Shown here: positions 1 to 7,009 of the stretch, one piece after another
Numbering within the stretch: position 1 is the first letter of the stretch
Layout: each line of letters opens with the position of its first letter
Virus record (IMG/VR): IMGVR_UViG_3300049914_000251
Coordinates: 49,819 to 113,818 of that record
From: a virus
Reading direction: 5' to 3' (one strand)
DNA: 64,000 bases
The notes under the pieces: model-generated
Seen by the model: the letters and a program-made list of their open reading frames with translations, nothing else
Database searches by the model: none
What the model was told of the DNA's origin: nothing
Made by a program: the position numbers and the translations under genes

Positions 1-389
1 GCCTGCAGCCTATAAAAGATGACCGTTATTCTTTTCTTACCCCACCGTTCGGCCTGTTGATGCTCGCAACCGGCCTGCATGTCATTCATATGCCACGCTT
101 TCCAAATCCCAAGCAGATCAAACCACTTCTCTTTATCCCACCCCGGAGCGAAAGAAATGTCTTCTGCTTTTGTCGGAGCGGTATATCGATAATCATTATC
201 CTCAGGATTACGATGCTCAAACTCCATATCAATCTGCCCACAACCGCCCAAAGCGTTACCACTTTTCAAAGGTCCTATTACTCCGCTTAAGGACAGGACA
301 CCGTCTTTGATTTCAGCTGTCACGAACACGTCAGCATGCCGCCCATGTATGTTATGATTGATGATGCCTATTCTCATTACCTTCTTCAA
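1..389 (-). CDS. Hypothetical phage protein, 3'-partial (runs off window; not in ORF track)
   Basis: Manual translation from TTG at 389 after GGAAGGGG: MKKVMRIG...GGCGQIDMEF...IWKAWHMNDMQAGCEHQ..., open to position 1. Confidence 0.75.
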   Translation of the reverse strand, partial: MKKVMRIGIINHNIHGRHADVFVTAEIKDGVLSLSGVIGPLKSGNALGGCGQIDMEFEHRNPEDNDYRYTAPTKAEDISFAPGWDKEKWFDLLGIWKAWHMNDMQAGCEHQQAERWGKKRITVIFYRLQ

Positions 390-511
390 TCTTACCCCTT
401 CCTTTTATCTGCATCTGCGTACCAGTTCAAAGCTCCGCACGTCTTGCAGTCACACAATTACCATCAGTAGTCTTAACTGTGTTGATACCACCGCATTGCC
501 CACACACATTC

Positions 512-1093
512 TTATTCATCGAATAAACCTTTCTCCACCCTTTCGGTAGCGAATAGTGTCACGTATCCCTCACCGCCACCTATTGCCAGCCGCTCATAAT
601 CCACGGCTACCCTACACCCGGAATCTATCAGCTCGAGCGCCTTATCGCAAAACTGCTTCGCCGTTTCCTTACTGGTCACCTTGAAATCTATAAACCCACG
701 TACCTTTTCGTAACCGCGCTCTTCCAGGTTCCCCCTATTGAAAAACATGCCCGGAATCCTGCATTGCTCAAACTCAGCTCTTGACAGTCCATTCTTAAAA
801 ATGTCCGCCTCGTAGCACTTCAGACAAATCTCCTCACCATCTTCCATCATATGAACGTAACTATGCCAACCGTTATGTGGACATTGCCTAATCACTACCC
901 GGTCGCAATTCTCACAGATAAAATACCGGAAATCTCCCCACCCAGTATCAAAAAGTAAATCCTGACAACTCTCACCCCTATGATTTGGATATTCCTTAAC
1001 AAACGCCCTTGGCACGTTCTGATGAAGATACACTACCTTAGGTTCTTCCTGCCAAGGATCGTCATAAACCTCAAGTTTATACATCCTGCGCAC
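512..1093 (-). CDS. Hypothetical protein with two CxxC pairs
   Basis: 193-aa ORF on the coding strand; CENC and CLKC. Confidence 0.75.
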   Translation of the reverse strand: MRRMYKLEVYDDPWQEEPKVVYLHQNVPRAFVKEYPNHRGESCQDLLFDTGWGDFRYFICENCDRVVIRQCPHNGWHSYVHMMEDGEEICLKCYEADIFKNGLSRAEFEQCRIPGMFFNRGNLEERGYEKVRGFIDFKVTSKETAKQFCDKALELIDSGCRVAVDYERLAIGGGEGYVTLFATERVEKGLFDE

Positions 1094-1094
1094 A

Positions 1095-1223
1095 CTACCA
1101 GACCTTATGGAAAGCCTCTTTCAAAACCTCTAACCGTTCCAGCTCCGCAACCTCGTCCGGAGTCAGCTTCCTTGTTTTCCGCGTCTCCCGAAGCCACGCC
1201 AGCCTCTTACCTTTATCCTGCAT
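1095..1223 (-). CDS. Small hypothetical protein (42 aa; not in ORF track)
   Basis: GGAGG upstream of ATG; MQDKGKRLAWLRETRKTRKLTPDEVAELERLEVLKEAFHKVW; fills the gap between neighbours. Confidence 0.6.
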   Translation of the reverse strand: MQDKGKRLAWLRETRKTRKLTPDEVAELERLEVLKEAFHKVW

Positions 1224-1237
1224 CAAAAACCTCCTGT

Positions 1238-1585
1238 CTATCTCTCCGGTGGCGTCTCGTTATTTCTCCCGTGGCTCCTTACAAACAATCCTCTTACTGC
1301 CTCAACCTGGGCAGGGTCATTAATCTTCTTTAATAAAGTCGCAGACACGTTCCAACGCGTACCATCATCGACCGCAACCTTAATACATGTCTTACCTAAC
1401 CGGTTCACCGTTCCCCTGATAAGCGTACCTCTGCCCTTGAACTCCACCCGGTCTCCTACGCTGAACGCAAACTTGGCTAACTGTTGCTTATTTCTCCAAG
1501 CCTCTTTCAGAATAGAGCCAGCCTCATGCAGCTCATCAGAAGTCGCACCTACCAACATCTCGAACAATTTAGCCTTATCTAACAT
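1238..1585 (-). CDS. Hypothetical protein, SH3/KOW-like beta-barrel
   Basis: FSVGDRVEF...GTVNRLGKTCIKV...WNVSATLL; start moved to MLDKAK. Confidence 0.65.
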   Translation of the reverse strand: MLDKAKLFEMLVGATSDELHEAGSILKEAWRNKQQLAKFAFSVGDRVEFKGRGTLIRGTVNRLGKTCIKVAVDDGTRWNVSATLLKKINDPAQVEAVRGLFVRSHGRNNETPPER

Positions 1586-1652
1586 CTCGCACTTCCTTCT
1601 AGATCTCCCTACTAATATACTACCATAAAGCTTATACGATGTCAAATGAAGC

Positions 1653-1729
1653 TGGTCGGAGTGGAAGGAATCAAACCTCCGACAATATGGCCCCGAACCA
1701 TACGCTCTATCAAACTGAGCTACACTCCG
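1653..1729 (-). tRNA. tRNA-Pro(CGG), CCA encoded
   Basis: Cloverleaf folded by hand; anticodon loop UU CGG GG. Confidence 0.9.
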
Positions 1730-1733
1730 ATTG

Positions 1734-1805
1734 TGGGTCTGGTAGGATTTGAACCTACGACAGTCTGCTTAAGAGGCAGCTGCTCTACCCCTGAGCTACA
1801 AACCC
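1734..1805 (-). tRNA. tRNA-Lys(CTT)
   Basis: Cloverleaf; loop CU CUU AA; no CCA. Confidence 0.9.
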
Positions 1806-1807
1806 AA

Positions 1808-1881
1808 TGGTGGAGGTAACAGGAATCGAACCCGCGTCTACTCGGTGCAAACGAGTCGTTCTCCCTCTGAACTATACCCCC
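1808..1881 (-). tRNA. tRNA-Ala(TGC), CCA encoded
   Basis: Cloverleaf; loop UU UGC AC; G3:U70 identity pair. Confidence 0.92.
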
Positions 1882-1883
1882 GG

Positions 1884-1955
1884 TTGGCACGGAAGGAGTT
1901 AAACCTTCTTCCCCGATTTATAAGATCGGAGCACTGTTCGTTGTGCTACATGCCA
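1884..1955 (-). tRNA. tRNA-Ile(TAT)
   Basis: Perfect 5-bp anticodon stem CCGAU/AUCGG; loop CU UAU AA; A73. Confidence 0.85.
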
Positions 1956-1957
1956 TT

Positions 1958-2031
1958 AGATGGTGAGTGGAATCGGACCACCTTATAATAGTTTTGCAGA
2001 CTACCGCCTATACCATTCGAGCCACACCATC
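1958..2031 (-). tRNA. tRNA-Cys(GCA)
   Basis: Loop CU GCA AA; U73; 7-bp acceptor stem. Confidence 0.85.
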
Positions 2032-2034
2032 ATG

Positions 2035-2106
2035 AGTGAGAGGAGGGATTCAAACCCTCGATATCCTACATGGCAAGCAGGTGTTCTATCGCTGAACTAC
2101 TCCCAC
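2035..2106 (-). tRNA. tRNA-Gly(GCC)
   Basis: Loop UU GCC AU; U73. Confidence 0.88.
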
Positions 2107-2109
2107 ATG

Positions 2110-2181
2110 TTGGCCTGGTAAGACTCGAACTTACGACCCCTGCTTTATCAGAGCAGTGCTTTACCCCTAAGCTACAAGCCA
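2110..2181 (-). tRNA. tRNA-Ile(GAT)
   Basis: Loop CU GAU AA; full cloverleaf. Confidence 0.9.
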
Positions 2182-2190
2182 GTCTATAAG

Positions 2191-2261
2191 TAGGCACTAT
2201 ACGACTTGAACGTATACCCTACAGGTTCAAAGCCTGTTGCTCTGCATTGAGCTAAGTGCCT
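2191..2261 (-). tRNA. tRNA-Gln(TTG)
   Basis: Loop CU UUG AA; A1-U72, A73. Confidence 0.88.
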
Positions 2262-2265
2262 TATG

Positions 2266-2338
2266 TAGTCCCTGTAGGACTCGAACCTACAACCTCTTCC
2301 TTGTAAGGGAAAAGCTCTGTCCATTGAGCTAAGGGACT
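2266..2338 (-). tRNA. tRNA-Val(TAC)
   Basis: Loop CU UAC AA; full cloverleaf. Confidence 0.88.
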
Positions 2339-2340
2339 AT

Positions 2341-2415
2341 TGGCAGCAGAGGCAGGGGTCGAACCTGCAACCATCTCGTTAACAGCGAGCCGCTCAACCA
2401 TTGAGCTACTCTGCT
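2341..2415 (-). tRNA. tRNA-Asn(GTT), CCA encoded
   Basis: Loop CU GUU AA; G73. Confidence 0.9.
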
Positions 2416-2417
2416 AT

Positions 2418-2492
2418 TGGTGCTCCCAACAGGATTTGAACCTGTGTCCTTAGATTGAGAATCTAACGTCCTAACCACTAGACTATGAGAGC
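2418..2492 (-). tRNA. tRNA-Glu(CTC), CCA encoded
   Basis: Loop UU CUC AA. Confidence 0.9.
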
Positions 2493-2493
2493 A

Positions 2494-2569
2494 TGGCGCA
2501 CCCAGAGGGAGTCGGACCCTCCACCACTCGGTTGACAGCCGAGCATTCTAACCGCTGAACTATGAGTGC
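2494..2569 (-). tRNA. tRNA-Asp(GTC), CCA encoded
   Basis: Loop CU GUC AA; G73. Confidence 0.9.
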
Positions 2570-2570
2570 A

Positions 2571-2658
2571 TGGCGGGAAGTACAGGATTTGAACCTGTGA
2601 GACTGTTACATCTAAAGATTTAGCAAACCTTCTCAATAAGCCACTCTGACAACCAATA
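2571..2658 (-). pseudogene. tRNA-Ser(GCT) with non-pairing 5' acceptor strand (probable pseudo-tRNA)
   Basis: Long variable arm, loop UU GCU AA, G73-CCA and T arm intact; only 2 of 7 acceptor pairs (UAUUGGU where GGGAAGU is needed). Confidence 0.75.
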
Positions 2659-2677
2659 TATTCAGTTGTTAATGTTC

Positions 2678-2751
2678 TGGTACAGGCAGGAGGAATCAGA
2701 CCTCCGTTAATCGGTTAAAAGCCGACTGCTTTATCACTAAGCTATACCTGC
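2678..2751 (-). tRNA. tRNA-Lys(TTT), CCA encoded
   Basis: Loop CU UUU AA; atypical T loop UCUGAUU. Confidence 0.85.
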
Positions 2752-2754
2752 ACA

Positions 2755-2830
2755 TGGCTGGCTCTATACGACTTGAACGTATAACCCCTAGCTTCAGAGG
2801 CTAGTGCTCTGCCAATTGAGCTAAGAGCCA
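2755..2830 (-). tRNA. tRNA-Gln(CTG), CCA encoded
   Basis: Loop CU CUG AA; U1-A72, G73. Confidence 0.9.
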
Positions 2831-2832
2831 AT

Positions 2833-2905
2833 AGCCCTCGACAGGACTTGAACCTGCGACCGTATGTTTAGGAAACATCCTCTCTTCCAACTGAGATACG
2901 AGGGC
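2833..2905 (-). tRNA. tRNA-Arg(CCT)
   Basis: Loop UU CCU AA. Confidence 0.88.
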
Positions 2906-2906
2906 A

Positions 2907-2983
2907 TGGCATCCTCGGTGGGAGTCGGACCCACGACCCACGGTTTAGAAAACCGCTGCTCTAATCCTCTGAGCTACGAGGAC
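2907..2983 (-). tRNA. tRNA-Arg(TCT), CCA encoded
   Basis: Loop UU UCU AA. Confidence 0.88.
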
Positions 2984-2990
2984 AGAAATA

Positions 2991-3066
2991 TGGTGCTGGA
3001 GAGTGGAATTGGACCACCTACCCTCCCGTCTTCGGCGGGATGCTACTACCGATGAGCTACCCCAGC
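2991..3066 (-). tRNA. tRNA-Phe(GAA), CCA encoded, C33/G37
   Basis: Stem UCCCG/CGGGA; loop CC GAA GA. Confidence 0.82.
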
Positions 3067-3069
3067 ACA

Positions 3070-3146
3070 TGGAAGGGATAGAGGGACTTGAACCCTCAAC
3101 TTTCAGTTTCGAAGACTGCTGCTCTTATCCATTGAGCTATATCCCC
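3070..3146 (-). tRNA. tRNA-Arg(TCG), CCA encoded
   Basis: Loop CU UCG AA. Confidence 0.88.
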
Positions 3147-3154
3147 AAAATAAG

Positions 3155-3226
3155 TGCCACCAGCGAGATTCGAACTCACCTTTTCACGTTGAAAGCGTGA
3201 TATACTAACCACTATGTGATGATGGC
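3155..3226 (-). tRNA. tRNA-Glu(TTC)
   Basis: Loop CU UUC AA. Confidence 0.85.
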
Positions 3227-3229
3227 ATG

Positions 3230-3305
3230 TGGAGCTGGAGAGAGGACTTGAACCCCCAACCCGATCATTACAGGTGATCCGCTCTTCCACTTGAGCTACT
3301 CCAGC
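3230..3305 (-). tRNA. tRNA-Thr(TGT), CCA encoded, C33
   Basis: Stem GAUCA/UGAUC; loop CC UGU AA; U73. Confidence 0.88.
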
Positions 3306-3311
3306 CAACAG

Positions 3312-3369
3312 AAAAGAGATAATAAAGGGCAGGCACGTCAATATCGACCGCTTAACGTCGTGCCTGCCC
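3312..3369 (-). terminator. Terminator-like hairpin in the tRNA-array leader
   Basis: 11-bp stem GGGCAGGCACG/CGUGCCUGCCC followed by UUUAUUAUCUCUUUU. Confidence 0.5.
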
Positions 3370-3460
3370 CTCCGCGAAATACTTGGTACGCACTACACTT
3401 ACTTCTACCATCTCGCACATCCCTCCGTTGCGTACCAAACGGAGCCGTGCCCCCAACTCA
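3312..3460 (-). ncRNA. Candidate structured leader or small RNA
   Basis: Hairpin CUCCGUU/AACGGAG whose loop UGGUACGC is complementary to downstream GCGUACCA, plus the 11-bp hairpin. Confidence 0.4.
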
Positions 3461-3466
3461 GTCTTT

Positions 3467-3495
3467 AATATACCACATTACTTATTTCTTGTCAA
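3467..3495 (-). promoter_or_regulatory. sigma70-type promoter driving the tRNA array
   Basis: TTGACA-17 nt-TATATT with extended -10 TG. Confidence 0.85.
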
Positions 3496-3766
3496 GACCC
3501 GGAAAAACTTCCCCATTTTCTGCACACTTCTTATCCTCCCACCTGGCAGCCACTTTACGATAGAACTCCAACTTAGCCATCTCGAGCGCCTTTATAGCAT
3601 CTCCTATCATATCATAACCCCGCACTCCATAAACAGCTATGAGAAGTTTCGTAATAACATAGTTTACCTTACCATCGATATCAGGAGAATCAGGAACTAA
3701 CCTGTAAACCAACTTATCAATAACCTCGTCTAAATAACCCCGCTTCACGTCTTCAATATAAGGCAT
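3482..3766 (-). CDS. Conserved phage protein (MPYI...NY.ITKL...KLEFYR...EDKK..ENG family, DUF6899-like)
   Basis: Recognisable motif series; SD GGAGGGGAG before ATG 3766. Confidence 0.7.
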   Translation of the reverse strand: MPYIEDVKRGYLDEVIDKLVYRLVPDSPDIDGKVNYVITKLLIAVYGVRGYDMIGDAIKALEMAKLEFYRKVAARWEDKKCAENGEVFPGLDKK

Positions 3767-3774
3767 CTCCCCTC

Positions 3775-4470
3775 CTAGCGTGCCCGGACTTCGACCGGAT
3801 CCCAATGCTCTGCCCATAAAACTAAAACTTCCACAGCTTCATCTTCGCTGTACACCACTTTTGTAGCATAATGATCCCGCCATCCGGAAGGAACACGCTC
3901 GCCGTTCGGACCCTGTTTACAAAGAACGCACGTAGGCTTATCCTCCATGAACGTCATGTACCAGAACTCTCCCTGAGTTCCCCACGATAAATCAGATCCT
4001 GTAAGGGTTAGAACCGCGTCGCTCATCCGCATATCATGTAAGTCCCTAGACGTAATTTCCCGCATAGAAAACTTTTCGCTTACCTCGGGAATGTCACAGC
4101 GTATCTCTTTAAGGTTTCGCAAAAAGCTCTTTCCTCGCATCGGATCCCGCACGGCTATTCCACGCTTTTCAAGCATCTTAGTAACACGAAGCCGTTGAGC
4201 TGACGCTTCCTCAAAAGACAATCCATCTATCCTTCCGGAAAGGTACACAGTAAATGGTCTGCCTGCCTCTATTCTCTTGGCATACCGTCTGATTAAATTT
4301 ACAGCGGACTCTACCGTGTCAGCTACTGCATTCGAATAGACCTGACTAATTAGAGCATATACCGCAGGATCCTCTCCCCCAACCTTTCCGGTTAAATCCT
4401 TTGGGATCTCTTTCTTAACCAGCTCCTGAATCTTAAATATCAACTCCGTCAATCTTGTTGGATCGGCCAT
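3775..4470 (-). CDS. Nucleoside 2'-deoxyribosyltransferase / nucleotide N-hydrolase-like protein with N-terminal extension
   Basis: VYLSGRIDG...DPMRGK...RDLHDMRMSDAVL...SWGTQGE. Confidence 0.75.
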   Translation of the reverse strand: MADPTRLTELIFKIQELVKKEIPKDLTGKVGGEDPAVYALISQVYSNAVADTVESAVNLIRRYAKRIEAGRPFTVYLSGRIDGLSFEEASAQRLRVTKMLEKRGIAVRDPMRGKSFLRNLKEIRCDIPEVSEKFSMREITSRDLHDMRMSDAVLTLTGSDLSWGTQGEFWYMTFMEDKPTCVLCKQGPNGERVPSGWRDHYATKVVYSEDEAVEVLVLWAEHWDPVEVRAR

Positions 4471-4493
4471 TTAACCTTCCTTATTCTAATACA

Positions 4494-5030
4494 CTACCTT
4501 CTTACAGGAGGTACTCTCATCCCGGGCTTCACGCCACGAAGAAGTTCGCTTTGTATCCCAGATTTAACCTTCAACTCCTCCTCTTGCATTTCGAACTGCT
4601 TGTTAAGAATATAATTAACGCGAACCTTCAGAAACTCAGCTACCGCCATCATCTGCAAATTCATAACCCCCGGATGAAATCCAGCTGCCTCTATAGAGAA
4701 TTGAATAGACTCGGCAGATTTGAACTGGATTATCAACGTAGGCTGCTTCACTTCAGGCTCTACACACGCCGGACAGCTTATTTCTTTAGTTCCGTTACAT
4801 GCCGGACACTTGGGATTTGGTTTACTCTTACACACAGGACATTCAAGCTTCTGCTTGCCCTTGCACAGATCGCAAATAGGAGGGGTCTCTGCCTTAATCT
4901 CCCCAGCAACTAACTCTCCCGGCGCTCCCAATTCACCAGGCTCTCCTACCTTTTCCCCAACAGGACCTACCTCAGGCTCCCCGGCCACAGCTCCCGCACC
5001 ATCATTGACTTGCACTTTAATCTCTTCCAA
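4494..5030 (-). CDS. Protein with DnaJ-type Zn finger
   Basis: CDLCKG, CPVC, CPACNG, CPAC. Confidence 0.65.
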   Translation of the reverse strand: MEEIKVQVNDGAGAVAGEPEVGPVGEKVGEPGELGAPGELVAGEIKAETPPICDLCKGKQKLECPVCKSKPNPKCPACNGTKEISCPACVEPEVKQPTLIIQFKSAESIQFSIEAAGFHPGVMNLQMMAVAEFLKVRVNYILNKQFEMQEEELKVKSGIQSELLRGVKPGMRVPPVRR

Positions 5031-5835
5031 CTTGACCTCCTAATCTACTTAATTTCCTAACCTCATGATAAGCCACAGGAGGATATTCACTATTCCTGAG
5101 ACCATCAATGTCCTCTACTTTAATTTTAACGCCATCGGCACTTATTAAAATGTCCTTAAAAAAACTACCTGCCCACATCACAAACGGAAATGCCTTCACA
5201 GCCCCATACATCTCCACCTGCCTGTCCACTTCCTCAGGAGTAACATCGCCCGCCTCAAGATCGCGCTTCTCCCAATCCGAAGCATATCTTCCTGTAGTAC
5301 AGTACTTCTGCAGCCACTCCGTATTTGTTATCACCGCAAGATACACCACGTGTTCCCACGGCACAGGATTAGTTGTAGACACACAACGAGCCTTCTCCAA
5401 ACTGGATCTCCACGATATTTTAAGCATCATATCTAATACCTGCTCAGGATAAGCTAAATCCGTCCCCAGCTTCTTACACCGCAGCAACTCCTTAGTGAGC
5501 CTTTTCTTGGCTTCCCTAGAATACATCACAAATCCAATATCAGGAGCCAAATACTTCCGCAATAATGCCACGCTGAGAAAACATGGCAACCCCTCAGACT
5601 CAGGGTCCTGCCGCCATCTGTGATATGCCCTCATAAGATGCCACTTAGTAGTGAAATGAAATGCCCTGACCCCACTTACGTTATATATCACTTCAGCCAC
5701 AGAAGGCTTAGTCGAATTCACTATGCACAAAGGAGGATCCGGCTTTGCAAACCCCTCTGCCCTTATCCTTTGCATAACATCAGCTGTAGTAGTACCATAC
5801 ATTAATCTAATCATCTTTCTCCTTGTTAAAACCAT
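5017..5835 (-). CDS. Hypothetical protein, possibly a divergent ADP-ribosyltransferase fold
   Basis: LMYGTT...IRAEGF, FHFTT...AY, PVPWEHV resemble ART-fold spacing; weak. Confidence 0.4.
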   Translation of the reverse strand: MVLTRRKMIRLMYGTTTADVMQRIRAEGFAKPDPPLCIVNSTKPSVAEVIYNVSGVRAFHFTTKWHLMRAYHRWRQDPESEGLPCFLSVALLRKYLAPDIGFVMYSREAKKRLTKELLRCKKLGTDLAYPEQVLDMMLKISWRSSLEKARCVSTTNPVPWEHVVYLAVITNTEWLQKYCTTGRYASDWEKRDLEAGDVTPEEVDRQVEMYGAVKAFPFVMWAGSFFKDILISADGVKIKVEDIDGLRNSEYPPVAYHEVRKLSRLGGQVGRD

Positions 5836-6115
5836 TTGCTATCTGCTCTATCTCATCCAGAGGATTCACATCCGGCACCAGCTCTACCAAACCCTTGGCC
5901 ATAGCCCGCTCCCTAAGAAATCGCTGAACCGCCTCTTCCTTAATCACGATTGCAGCGGATCCGATACGAAATATATCTTCACCGGCTACAAACCTATTCT
6001 TATGAACTAACTGATTGACACGATTCGCCGTAATTCCCAGCCTATCAGCCACTTCAGGCACTGTAAGTAGCCCAGGATACTTGGGCAAATTTCCATTATT
6101 CAAACCGGACTTCAT
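5807..6115 (-). CDS. Helix-turn-helix DNA-binding protein (excisionase/MerR-like)
   Basis: LLTVPEVADRLGITANRVNQLV. Confidence 0.8.
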   Translation of the reverse strand: MKSGLNNGNLPKYPGLLTVPEVADRLGITANRVNQLVHKNRFVAGEDIFRIGSAAIVIKEEAVQRFLRERAMAKGLVELVPDVNPLDEIEQIANGFNKEKDD

Positions 6116-6133
6116 CTTTACTCCTATTATATT

Positions 6134-6694
6134 TTATACCTTTGCTTGTGGGGTCTTGTAGTTTACCCAGCCCGCTACTGCCTTATCGTACCACTCCCGC
6201 AGCTTTTGAGTATCCTGAACCGCCCCGGTACGCAAACCTTCCACGATTTCATCGTACTCTATAAATAGTGGAGCCAACAACTTAACCCGCACATCCGGCC
6301 AATACTTTAATATAAATTCTCGCATCATCACCCATGCCAGTTCCATCCTATCCCGCTTCTCATTATGCTTCTTCACACTCTCCATAGACTGCCAGAACTT
6401 TGTAACATAACTAGAACGAAGTTCCTGAATCCCGAACCACTCCTGAATCTTATTTACCGCATTTGGCAGATCACAGTTCTCCATCGCCATAACAACGTCA
6501 ATACAATCATAAGATCTGCTGCATGCCCCGAAACAGTGCAATTTATTCGCATCAGGATATATCCTCAACGACGGCTTAGTATCCGCATGAAGAAAACAGT
6601 TTATAGAATGCTCGAAATTACCCTGATGCCTTATCCCATAATGATCAAGAATGTCAAAAATATTTACCGACGTCTTTATCTGATTAATGTCCAT
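6134..6694 (-). CDS. CHC2 zinc-finger protein (DnaG primase Zn-binding domain, no TOPRIM)
   Basis: CFLHADTKPSLRIY...HCFGAC...DCIDVVM...AVNKI. Confidence 0.8.
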   Translation of the reverse strand: MDINQIKTSVNIFDILDHYGIRHQGNFEHSINCFLHADTKPSLRIYPDANKLHCFGACSRSYDCIDVVMAMENCDLPNAVNKIQEWFGIQELRSSYVTKFWQSMESVKKHNEKRDRMELAWVMMREFILKYWPDVRVKLLAPLFIEYDEIVEGLRTGAVQDTQKLREWYDKAVAGWVNYKTPQAKV

Positions 6695-7009
6695 TTACTT
6701 CTTCCTTTTCTTTGCGTCTGCCAGCTGCTCATATAAACACTTGCAACTCAACATTCCCACCAGATGCATTTTAGCTTTCTTAGTTTTTGCTTCCTTAATA
6801 AGTTTAATTGTTCCAAGCATTTTAAGATATTCAGATATGTAAAAAGCTGCACTGACGTGAACATTGGCCCAATGAGAGTTCCAATCAAACTCATCATCAA
6901 CAGCACAGTACATGATATGAATACCAGCAGCGCGTTCACTTTGTTGTACTGTTTCGTTAGGAGATAAAAGACTACCAGGCTTTTCCCCATATTCTCCCTG
7001 TTCCATCAC
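6695..7009 (-). CDS. Hypothetical protein
   Basis: 104-aa ORF translationally coupled to both neighbours. Confidence 0.55.
   Translation of the reverse strand: MMEQGEYGEKPGSLLSPNETVQQSERAAGIHIMYCAVDDEFDWNSHWANVHVSAAFYISEYLKMLGTIKLIKEAKTKKAKMHLVGMLSCKCLYEQLADAKKRKK

Noticed and set aside
2605-2960. Amber suppressor tRNA (tttagca at ~2619 or tttagaa at ~2944 read as a CUA anticodon)
   Set aside because: The anticodon stems pair only in the registers giving Ser(GCU) and Arg(UCU).
2864-3341. ORFs overlapping the tRNA array (2864-3055, 3003-3200, 3096-3341)
   Set aside because: The sequence is fully explained by tRNA cloverleaves.
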